A stretch of 32,000 nt of DNA, taken from Gemmata obscuriglobus (GTDB taxonomy: Bacteria; Planctomycetota; Planctomycetia; Gemmatales; Gemmataceae). Under the pieces are notes generated by a model. The model was not told the origin of the DNA. It did no database searches and was given only the letters and a program-made list of their open reading frames with translations. This document shows positions 8,441 to 15,827 of this stretch, piece by piece. Location of the stretch: positions 4,560,001-4,592,000 of the forward strand of contig NZ_CP042911.1 of NCBI RefSeq assembly GCF_008065095.1, given 5' to 3'. Made by a program: the position numbers and the translations under genes. Positions within the stretch are counted from its first letter, which is position 1; every line of letters begins with the position of its first letter.

Positions 8441-9796
8441 ATGCCCACTCCCCACCCCATCGGCGTCACGCGGCGTGAACTCTTACAGGTCGGCTACTCG
8501 GGCCTGCTGGGTGTCGGTCTGTCGTCGTTCGCCCGCGCCGGGTCGAGCGGCACGACGCCCGCGAAGAAGCCGAAATCGCTGCTGATCGTGTTCCTCACCG
8601 GGGCCGCCAGCCACCACGAAACCTTCGACCCGAAGCCCGACGCCCCGCCCGAGATCCGCGGCGAGTACCAGACCATACGGACCAGGACGCCCGGGCTGCT
8701 CGCCAGCGAACACCTGCCCAAGCTCGCGGCCCGGTCAAACCTGTACTCGGTGATCCGGTCGCTGGCGCACCGCGAAAACAACCACCTCGTCGCCACCCAC
8801 CACGTGCTCACCGGGAACGTGCAGCCCGGCGCGTTCTTCGACAAGATCGCCTCTCGGGACGATTTCCCGAACTACGCGGCCGGCCGGAGCTACTTCCGCG
8901 GCGCGCCGGAAGGCACGCCGTGCGGGGTGAACCTACCGACCTACCTGATGGAAGGGCCGCTCCTCTGGCCCGGCCAGCACGCCGGGTTCCTCGGGCCGAA
9001 GCACGACGTGATGCAGATCACTCAGGACCCGAACCGCCGGGACTTCCGGGTGGACAACCTCCGCCCGTCCGCGGGCATGGAGGTGAACGACCTGCGCGAC
9101 CGCATGGCCCTGCTCTCGGCCGTCAACGACCAGCGCAAGTGGCTCGCGGAGGCCGGCGAGACGAAAAAGCTCACCGACCAACAGCACCAGGCCCTCAGCG
9201 TGCTGACATCGGGAAAAGTGGCCCGGGCCTTCGACCTCGACCAGGAACCTGCGGGCGTCCGCGACCGGTACGGGCGCCACGCGTTCGGGCAGTCGTGCTT
9301 GCTCGCGCGGCGGCTGATCGAGGCCGGCGTTCCGGTGGTGCAGGCCAACATGGGCCGTGTGCAAAACTGGGACAGCCACGGCAACATCTTCAACCGGCTC
9401 AAGAAGGACCTGCTGCCGCCGCTCGACACGGCCGTTTCCGCGCTCCTTGATGACATGACCGCACGCGGGTTGCTCGACGACACGCTGGTGATGATGCTCG
9501 GCGAGTTCGGGCGCGAGCCGAAGATCAACAAAGAGGTGGGCCGCGAGCATTGGGCGCCGTGCTTCAGCGGTCTCTTTGCCGGCGCCGGCGTGGTCCCCGG
9601 CACCGTGATCGGCAAGAGCGACAAGAACGGCGCGTACCCGGTGACCGCCCCGTACTCCCCGGACGACATCGGTGCGACCGTGTACTCGGTGCTCGGCGTC
9701 GACCCGCACGCCGACGTGCGCGACCGGCTGAACCGGCCGGTGCAACTGAACCGGGGACAGGTGATCCGCCCGCTGTTCGACGGCTCCGCGGACTGA
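8441..9796 (+). CDS. DUF1501 family protein (sulfatase-fold) with twin-arginine signal
   Basis: MPTPHPIGVTRRELLQVGYSGLLGVG is a Tat-type leader. KSLLIVFLTGAASHHETFDPKPDAP and ..WDSHGNIF..LGEFGREPKIN..GREHW are the conserved DUF1501 blocks. I prefer the ATG at 8441 over the track TTG at 8390. Confidence 0.9.
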   Translation: MPTPHPIGVTRRELLQVGYSGLLGVGLSSFARAGSSGTTPAKKPKSLLIVFLTGAASHHETFDPKPDAPPEIRGEYQTIRTRTPGLLASEHLPKLAARSNLYSVIRSLAHRENNHLVATHHVLTGNVQPGAFFDKIASRDDFPNYAAGRSYFRGAPEGTPCGVNLPTYLMEGPLLWPGQHAGFLGPKHDVMQITQDPNRRDFRVDNLRPSAGMEVNDLRDRMALLSAVNDQRKWLAEAGETKKLTDQQHQALSVLTSGKVARAFDLDQEPAGVRDRYGRHAFGQSCLLARRLIEAGVPVVQANMGRVQNWDSHGNIFNRLKKDLLPPLDTAVSALLDDMTARGLLDDTLVMMLGEFGREPKINKEVGREHWAPCFSGLFAGAGVVPGTVIGKSDKNGAYPVTAPYSPDDIGATVYSVLGVDPHADVRDRLNRPVQLNRGQVIRPLFDGSAD

Positions 9797-9833
9797 CCGG
9801 ACCTCCTACCCTTTGCGCGAACGGGACAACGAC

Positions 9834-10334
9834 ATGCGAAACGCTCTGGCAGCTCTGGTGGTTGTGGCGGCCGCGGGCCTCGCGGCGAGCGGGGCGGACG
9901 AGAAGTACACCTCGAAAGAGGGCAAGTTCACGGCCCGGTTCCCGAGCGACCTAACGGTCAAAACCGAAGCCAAGAAGGCCGGCGCGATCGAGATGCAGGT
10001 GGCGAGCGCGAAGGACGACAAGGAGAACTCCTTCACCGTGATGTACGTGGACCTGCCCGCCGCCGCTAAAGCGCCGCCGAAGGCGGTGCTCGACGGCATT
10101 GAAGCCGGAATGGTGTCCAAAAGTGGTTGCAAGGTGGAGAGTACGAAGGAGATCACGTACGGAGCCGCCAAGTACCCGGGCCGCGAGGTGCTAGTCGATA
10201 AAGACGGTGCCAAGATCAAAACGCGCATCATCCTCGCCGAGTCGCGCGTCTACATCGTCTTCGCCGGCGGACCGAAGGGCTTCGGAGCGACCGACGCGGC
10301 GACCAAGTTCCTCGATTCGTTTGAGACGAAGTGA
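9834..10334 (+). CDS. secreted hypothetical protein (166 aa)
   Basis: MRNALAALVVVAAAGLAASGADEK is a clear signal peptide. The rest is a Lys-rich, probably beta-rich soluble domain. Typical host codon usage supports coding. I do not recognise a family. Confidence 0.65.
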   Translation: MRNALAALVVVAAAGLAASGADEKYTSKEGKFTARFPSDLTVKTEAKKAGAIEMQVASAKDDKENSFTVMYVDLPAAAKAPPKAVLDGIEAGMVSKSGCKVESTKEITYGAAKYPGREVLVDKDGAKIKTRIILAESRVYIVFAGGPKGFGATDAATKFLDSFETK

Positions 10335-10372
10335 CAACCGCCGCTGGGTGGTCGGAGCCGCGCCCGCGGCGG

Positions 10373-11452
10373 TCAGTTCCGCCGCGCGGGGAGTGTGAAC
10401 CAGAACGTCGAACCCGCTCCGACGGTGCTCTCGACGCCGACGGTTCCCTCGTGGGCCTCAATGAACGTCTTGACGATCGCGAGCCCCAGCCCGACCCCGC
10501 CCTGCTTGTTCGGGTCCGTCTCGAACGGCTCGAACACCTTGTCCAACCGGTTGGCCGGGATGCCCTCTCCGGTATCGCGGACCGAGCACTCGAACCCGCC
10601 CTCCACCGCCCGTGCCGAGATGGTCACGTCCCCCACCGGGGTGTACTTGATGGCGTTCGCGATCAGGTTCTGGAACACCCGCCGGAGCAGGTCGGCGTCG
10701 GCATACACGACCAGATCTTCGGGGACCTCGTTGAAGAGCTTCGTGCTGTCGGTCCCGGCGACCGGGTGCAGGTCGTGAACCAGTGCCTCCACGAGCGGCC
10801 ACAGATCGAGTTCGCGCCGCTCGAGTTTGAGACCGACTTCGGTCCGCAGGTTGGTGTTCTCGTCGAGCACCTTGTCAACGAGCGATCCGAGATGCAGGAC
10901 GTTGCGGCGGAGGGTCTTCACCATCCGCCCGACCTGCGTGCCCGCTTCGTTCGTCCCGAACTTGAGCTCCAGCACCCCCGCGGCCAGTGAGATAGCACTC
11001 AGCGGGGTGCGCAGGTCGTGGGCGACGAAGGCGAGGTACTCCTCCCGCCGCCGCTGGACCTCGAGCGCCTTCTGGGTGGCGTAGGTCTTAACCGCCGAGC
11101 CGATCGCGCCGTCGATCAGCCGGTTCACGATGTGAGCCGAGCGACGCACCAGCGGTTTCCCGCCCGCCTCGGCCAGTTCGTAAACGCACTCGCGTAGGAT
11201 GTTGTACTCGGCGACGACTTCAACGACGTCGAACCCGTTGTCCGCGCGCTGCGCGCCGTGTATGGCTGGCGTGCCTTCGCACACGGCCTCGTGGATCGAC
11301 TCGTCGGACCGGGCGCGGAGCACCGCGGCGAGTTCGTCGAGAAACGCCGGCATGTGGTCGTTGAGCGTGGGGGTGTCGAGGTGCCTGGCTGATGGGAGCT
11401 TACGGACCCGCTCGCGCCACTTCGTGAGAAGCTCCTCGCGCTCGCGCTGCAC
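10373..11452 (-). CDS. soluble sensor histidine kinase (HisKA + HATPase_c, N-terminal helical sensor domain resembling RsbRD_N)
   Basis: It has the H-box FVAHDLRTPLSAI, the N-box NLIANAIKYTP, the G1 box DTGEGIP and the G2 box GGVGLGLAIVK. There is no hydrophobic segment. It starts at a GTG, and an in-frame TGA lies 16 codons upstream. Confidence 0.9.
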   Translation of the reverse strand: MQREREELLTKWRERVRKLPSARHLDTPTLNDHMPAFLDELAAVLRARSDESIHEAVCEGTPAIHGAQRADNGFDVVEVVAEYNILRECVYELAEAGGKPLVRRSAHIVNRLIDGAIGSAVKTYATQKALEVQRRREEYLAFVAHDLRTPLSAISLAAGVLELKFGTNEAGTQVGRMVKTLRRNVLHLGSLVDKVLDENTNLRTEVGLKLERRELDLWPLVEALVHDLHPVAGTDSTKLFNEVPEDLVVYADADLLRRVFQNLIANAIKYTPVGDVTISARAVEGGFECSVRDTGEGIPANRLDKVFEPFETDPNKQGGVGLGLAIVKTFIEAHEGTVGVESTVGAGSTFWFTLPARRN

Positions 11453-11583
11453 CAGCGCAGCGAGGTCGGTGAGGTTGTTAATGAGACGACCCCTCGGATG
11501 TCAGGCGCGAGTGTGTACGTGTGATCTCCACATCTTACCGCGCCCGACACGCGACGGAACGCCGGGGCGTGAAAATCGCTCCT

Positions 11584-11625
11584 CAAAAACCGGCGCCGCA
11601 GCTTACAAGAGCATGCGGCGCCGGT
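11584..11625 (-). terminator. rho-independent terminator downstream of the SBP5 gene
   Basis: On the minus strand, accggcgccgca (12-bp perfect stem, 13-nt loop) tgcggcgccggt is followed directly by TTTTTGAGG. It lies about 70 nt after the stop at 11697. Confidence 0.6.
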
Positions 11626-11696
11626 CGCTTACGCGAGTTGCGTTCGCGCGGTGCGGCGTGGATCGCAGCGACGATTGCTCCCGCCCGAACGCGGGC

Positions 11697-14405
11697 TCAC
11701 TCCAGGCGCCAACGCGCCACCCCCTGGAACAGCGTTGTCTGGTTCAGCGCCCGCGGGCTGATCGGAGTGTCTGTATCGTCGGTGTAAATTTTCACGCTGT
11801 TGTGGACGACCATGTGCCGGTCGAGTTGCCACAGCGGGACGAACGGGACGCACTCGTTGAACAGCTTCTGAACCTCCACGGTTTTCTCGGCGAGCGGGCC
11901 GAACGCGCGGTACGCGCGCAGCTCGTTCAGCAGTTGCCCGAGCCGGGAGTCGGCGTCGTCGGCGCCGGTCCCCTTCGCCTGGAAACCGGTCCAGTTGCGC
12001 CCGCCGCGCTCCGCCGCCAGGGGGTCGAGCATCCCGCCCAGGGCAAACGGGTACCAGTCGTCCGGATAGTCGAACGGGACGTAGGCGAGGTCGTAGCGGT
12101 GCTCGTCCTCGACGCGCACCAGCAAATCGCGCAGGGGGAGCGGTTCGAGCGCGATCGTCAGCTTGCGCCCCGGGGCGTCTTTAAAGAGCCCTTCGACCTG
12201 GTCCTTGATCTTCCGACACGCCGTTGCCGCCTGCGGGTCGCCGTCCGGGTACAGGAGGGTGAGTTCGGCCTTAGCGCCCATGTCGAAGAGGTAGTTGCGG
12301 ATGCGAGTCAGCGCGAGATCGCGGTTGACGAGCGGCACGGTCTGACCGGTAGGACCTTTGGTGGTGGCCCAGCTCTGGGGCGGGAACGGGCCGGTCAGCG
12401 CGCGGTGGAACTCGGGCCGCCCGGCGCGGAACACCTCGTTGAGGATCCGCTCGCGGTCGATGGCCGTCATCAGTCCCTGGCGCAATATCTTGCTCTGGAG
12501 CGCCGGGCGGCGGTGGTTCAGCGCCAGGATGTGGACGCGGCGGCCGTTCACCGCCGTGTAGTCCTGCGCCCGCCCGGAGAGCTGCGAGCGGTACTTCTCC
12601 AGATCGGCGGTTGGCACGTCCGTGAGCACGTGCAGGCTGCCCTGCTGGAACGCCTCGACCGGGTTGGGGATCTTCGCCACTTCGACGAGGCGGACTTCTT
12701 TAATGAACGGCTGGCTCGTGCGGTCGCGCCAGCGCCCGTAGAGCGGGTTGTCGACGAGCACCAGTTCGCGCGGGGCGGTACCGTCGCCCCGCGCGCCGGG
12801 TTGGAGCTTGAACGGCCCGGTGCCGAGCGGGGCCTCGGCGAACCCGGCGTCGTCCGCGGCCATCCCCTTCCCCTCCATCCACCGACCGGGGAGCAGCTTG
12901 AACGTGAGCAGCGCCCGCGGGTCCGGGTGCCCCTGTTTGAACGCCACGCGCGCCGCGACGTTGTCCTTCGGGGTCGGCAGCCCGTCGATCCAGGGGAGCG
13001 CGTACGAGTTCCACGTTTCAGGCCGCTTGCCCATCAACTTGAGCGTGCTGACGAGGTCGTGGGACTCGAACCCGTAGCGCCCGGTGGCCGACGCGTCGAA
13101 GCCCCGCAACAGGAACTCGCGGCCGCCCGGAACCACGTGCGGCGACACCACGGCGGCGCCGGGCACGTACCGCGCCGCGCCGTTGTCGTCCGGCACCTCC
13201 GCCAGCACCCCCTCGAACACCAACTCGACGACCTGCTTTTCGCTGTCCAGCCGCGCCGTTGCGGGCGACATCTGTTCCGGGAACTGCCGCACCCCGACCG
13301 AGAGCGTCTGGTAACCGGTCTTCAGCTCCCGTTGCAGCTCCCGCACGCCCGGGACCGTGGGGTCCAGCGCGGCCGCGCGGGTGAGCGCGTCGCGTGCGGC
13401 GGTGAGGTCGTTGGCCGCCTTCTTTTCAACCGCCCGGGCGAACGCGGCCTGTGCGCGCCGGGACAACTCGGTGCGGATCGCTTTGACGGCGGCCCCACCC
13501 GCGCCCGGGTAGCTGGCCTCGAACTCGTCGAGCAGTTCTTTCGCCTTGACGTGGTCGAAGTGCGTCTCGGACGCAAGCAGCCGTTTCGTCTCTGACACCC
13601 GGGCGACGGCGACTTCGGCCGCGACCGCGGCGTCACCTGGATACGCAGCCATCACCCTGGTGCCGACCTCGCGGACCCGGCCCCAGTCGTTGCCCGCCAC
13701 CGCGTTCTTGAGCAGCAGCAGCCGCACCTCGCGGAGCCGCTCGAACAGGGGCTTGCGGAAATCGTCCCAGCCGCGGCCGCGGCGAATGTTGCGAGCGCGG
13801 GCGTAGTCGTGGAACCGCAGTGTGGCCGACAGGAGCAGTTCGGCTGCGTCCAGTTGCTCGGTCACCGTCCAGCCGTCCGGGCCGTTGGCGGTGCCCAGCG
13901 GCTTGGCGCCGAGCACCTGGTTCGCCTCCGCAACCACGATCTCCTCGAAGTACTCGACCTTCCGCACGTCCGTCGAGTTGATGCCCTGCGGGTCGGTCGG
14001 GCGCCCCTCGCGGTCGTACTCCTGTACCCCGAACGTGAGCGGCAGCCGCTCCCCCCGGGCTAGCGGGATCGGCCGGATCTGCATCGTGGCCGATTTGGTG
14101 GTCAGCCGGTCGAACGGGACCCGGTTCCGCTGGAACAGCGCCTTGATGGCGGGGTGCTTGGCCCCGTCCGCACCGGCAACCAACTCGTCGAGCCGCACGT
14201 CGGGCGGGGTGGTCGGGGCGGCGTGCTCGTCCTTCGATTTCGCGACCGGATCGTCTTCCACCACCACGCGCTTTTTCAGCCCGCCCTTGGGGTCCTCAAC
14301 CTCAACAGGGGGCTGGGCGACGCCGACCGCGAACGCGGCGAACAGCCCCGCGAGCGCCGCAAGCGCGCGGTGCCACGGACGACCAACGCGCGCGAGCACG
14401 GACAT
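11697..14405 (-). CDS. family-5 (peptide/nickel type) solute-binding protein with about 430-aa N-terminal extension (902 aa)
   Basis: From ATG 14405 the protein starts MSVLARVGRPWHRALAALAGLFAAFAVGVAQ (signal peptide). The C-terminal half aligns by eye with SBP_bac_5 (GTGPFKL.., LVDNPLY, VHILALNHRRP.L, DLAYVPFDYPDDWY). The N-terminal half is helical and TPR-like with no family I can name. The track start at 14543 adds 46 unlikely residues. Confidence 0.85.
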   Translation of the reverse strand: MSVLARVGRPWHRALAALAGLFAAFAVGVAQPPVEVEDPKGGLKKRVVVEDDPVAKSKDEHAAPTTPPDVRLDELVAGADGAKHPAIKALFQRNRVPFDRLTTKSATMQIRPIPLARGERLPLTFGVQEYDREGRPTDPQGINSTDVRKVEYFEEIVVAEANQVLGAKPLGTANGPDGWTVTEQLDAAELLLSATLRFHDYARARNIRRGRGWDDFRKPLFERLREVRLLLLKNAVAGNDWGRVREVGTRVMAAYPGDAAVAAEVAVARVSETKRLLASETHFDHVKAKELLDEFEASYPGAGGAAVKAIRTELSRRAQAAFARAVEKKAANDLTAARDALTRAAALDPTVPGVRELQRELKTGYQTLSVGVRQFPEQMSPATARLDSEKQVVELVFEGVLAEVPDDNGAARYVPGAAVVSPHVVPGGREFLLRGFDASATGRYGFESHDLVSTLKLMGKRPETWNSYALPWIDGLPTPKDNVAARVAFKQGHPDPRALLTFKLLPGRWMEGKGMAADDAGFAEAPLGTGPFKLQPGARGDGTAPRELVLVDNPLYGRWRDRTSQPFIKEVRLVEVAKIPNPVEAFQQGSLHVLTDVPTADLEKYRSQLSGRAQDYTAVNGRRVHILALNHRRPALQSKILRQGLMTAIDRERILNEVFRAGRPEFHRALTGPFPPQSWATTKGPTGQTVPLVNRDLALTRIRNYLFDMGAKAELTLLYPDGDPQAATACRKIKDQVEGLFKDAPGRKLTIALEPLPLRDLLVRVEDEHRYDLAYVPFDYPDDWYPFALGGMLDPLAAERGGRNWTGFQAKGTGADDADSRLGQLLNELRAYRAFGPLAEKTVEVQKLFNECVPFVPLWQLDRHMVVHNSVKIYTDDTDTPISPRALNQTTLFQGVARWRLE

Positions 14406-14588
14406 GACTTCACCTTCCTGGTTGCGGAACCGGTTGTGTGGGACACAGGTAGATAATACCACGTCGTGGCCGACAGACAGAAGCGACCGGTCGTGAATGC
14501 GCGAGGATCTCCCGTGGCGGGCCGCGAGTTGCTTAAACAGCACGCTGACGGAAGCGAAAATACCGTGTACGAAGAAACGGTGAGCCGG

Positions 14589-14656
14589 TTACGCGCCACA
14601 TTACCGCTTGGGACTTCCTTGGCTCTCGCGTAAGATGCCGTAATACGTTACGCGAG
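14589..14656. promoter_or_regulatory. three TTACGCG/CGCGTAA half-sites upstream of the RHH gene, candidate operator
   Basis: ctcgcgtaa (14625-14633) and ttacgcgag (14648-14656) form a 9-bp inverted repeat with a 14-bp spacer that ends 8 nt before the ATG. A third ttacgcg copy lies at 14589-14595. The SD-like gagggggtga follows. Confidence 0.3.
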
Positions 14657-14664
14657 GGGGTGAT

Positions 14665-15102
14665 ATGGCGAAGGACAAGAAAGACAAAACGGAGAAATCA
14701 CAGATCGTCGCCTTCAAGGTCGACGACGACCTCGCCAACTTCCTCGACAAGCTCCCGAACAAAAGCGAGTTCATCCGCCGCGCGATCCTGGCGCAGTTCA
14801 ACATGACGTGCCCGCTTTGCACCGGTTCGGGCGTCGTACCGGCGGGGCTTCACAACCACTTCGAACACGTGATCGAGCACAACTCGGCGCGGCCGTGCGA
14901 GAAGTGCAAAACGTCGGTCGCGTTCCCGCTGTCACCCAACGGCGTGGTGCCTGCTGACAAGGCGCGGATCGAGCAGTTCCTCAACGGCGGCCCGCTGTAT
15001 TGCACGAAGTGCTACCCGGCGGTGCCCCCGTGCGACGACTGCGGCTGGCACGTGATGATGGAAAAGGTCGCCGAGCACTTCAAGAAGGTGCATTCACACT
15101 GA
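14665..15102 (+). CDS. ribbon-helix-helix (CopG-like) DNA-binding protein with C-terminal 4x CxxC / His-rich domain
   Basis: IVAFKVDDDLANFLDKLPNKSEFIRRAILAQF fits the RHH beta-alpha-alpha pattern. Next come CPLCTGSG (a DnaJ-type CxxCxGxG), CEKC, CTKC and CDDC, then the tail HFKKVHSH. There is a strong SD and an ATG start. Confidence 0.8.
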   Translation: MAKDKKDKTEKSQIVAFKVDDDLANFLDKLPNKSEFIRRAILAQFNMTCPLCTGSGVVPAGLHNHFEHVIEHNSARPCEKCKTSVAFPLSPNGVVPADKARIEQFLNGGPLYCTKCYPAVPPCDDCGWHVMMEKVAEHFKKVHSH

Positions 15103-15105
15103 CCC

Positions 15106-15212
15106 AAATGCGGAGTGTGGAATTCGGCACGCGGCGTGAAGACTAAAGGCACAGGATTTAGATCATTGCCTGAGGTCTTCACGCCGCGTTCCGAATTCCA
15201 CACTCCGCATTT
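15106..15212. repeat. 107-bp near-perfect palindrome (38-bp arms, one mismatch, 31-nt centre), probable bidirectional terminator or palindromic element
   Basis: aaatgcggagtgtggaattcggcacgcggcgtgaagac (15106-15143) is the reverse complement of 15175-15212 apart from one G/T difference. The centre contains a further aggca/tgcct pair. The palindrome starts 4 nt after the plus-strand stop (15100-15102) and ends 1 nt before the minus-strand stop (15214-15216). Confidence 0.85.
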
Positions 15213-15213
15213 C

Positions 15214-15588
15214 TCAGAACTGGTCCAGCCAGAAGTGGTTCCCGCGGTGGTACTTCATCGGGGTCCACAGCTCGTAGCGCCAGCCCGGCTCCTTGAACGC
15301 CGGGTACGCTTGATACGCCGGCGGGCGGACGTAGGGGTGCCCCTTCGGCTCGGGCCACTGCGGGCTGTTCTGGGGCCAGTAGTTGTGCGGGAAGTAGTAG
15401 TACGGGTAGTAGAACATCCGCGGGAGCTGCGGCTCCGGCCCTTGCGGGAAGTCGAGCCGCGGCTGCGGGGTCGGCATGGTGTAGAACGCCGGCGGGGGCG
15501 GCTGCTGGGCCGAAGCCGTTTGCGCGGCGCCGGCGAACAGCGCGACGGCCAGCGCCGCGACGCTCAACCGCGTGTGCGGTGTGCGCAT
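15214..15588 (-). CDS. secreted Pro/Tyr/Trp-rich low-complexity protein (124 aa)
   Basis: MRTPHTRLSVAALAVALFAGAAQTASAQQ is a signal peptide. The mature part reads PPPPAFYTMPTPQP..MFYYPYYYFPHNYWPQNSPQWPEP... A strong SD (GGAGGA) lies 7 nt upstream of the ATG. Confidence 0.7.
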   Translation of the reverse strand: MRTPHTRLSVAALAVALFAGAAQTASAQQPPPPAFYTMPTPQPRLDFPQGPEPQLPRMFYYPYYYFPHNYWPQNSPQWPEPKGHPYVRPPAYQAYPAFKEPGWRYELWTPMKYHRGNHFWLDQF

Positions 15589-15827
15589 GGGTTAATCCTC
15601 CGTGAACTCGTCGTGCGACAGTCGGGGCGCGGTCCACGCTCCGAACTTCCTGTCTGATGGAGCTTACCCCACCGCCGCCGCGGGCGCCGCCGCGGCTCGG
15701 ACGGAACGGCCCAAAATCCTACAATATGCTGCGGATCTGATGCGTTGGCACGCCTCGGGCGCTCACACCGTGCGTGCCGCACCGACGCCAACAAGCGCGA
15801 CCCCGGACAGGCAGAATTTCTCAAGTC

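Noticed and set aside
11199-13595. 798-aa plus-strand ORF, the longest complete alternative ORF in the track
   Set aside because: It is antisense to the SBP5 gene. Its translation is Arg/Ala/Gly/Pro-rich with no motifs, as is typical of shadow ORFs in GC-rich DNA. The minus-strand product has a signal peptide and SBP_bac_5 blocks.
15012-15657. Two ORFs beginning MWNSERGVKT.. (minus strand) and MWNSARGVKT.. (plus strand)
   Set aside because: They are mirror-image artefacts produced by translating the two arms of the 107-bp palindrome. The plus-strand ORF then runs antisense through the Pro/Tyr-rich gene.
15660-15700. Adjacent direct repeat cgccgccgcgg x2 in the purB upstream region
   Set aside because: It is a short, GC-only, low-complexity repeat that is expected by chance in this composition. 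No supporting context.
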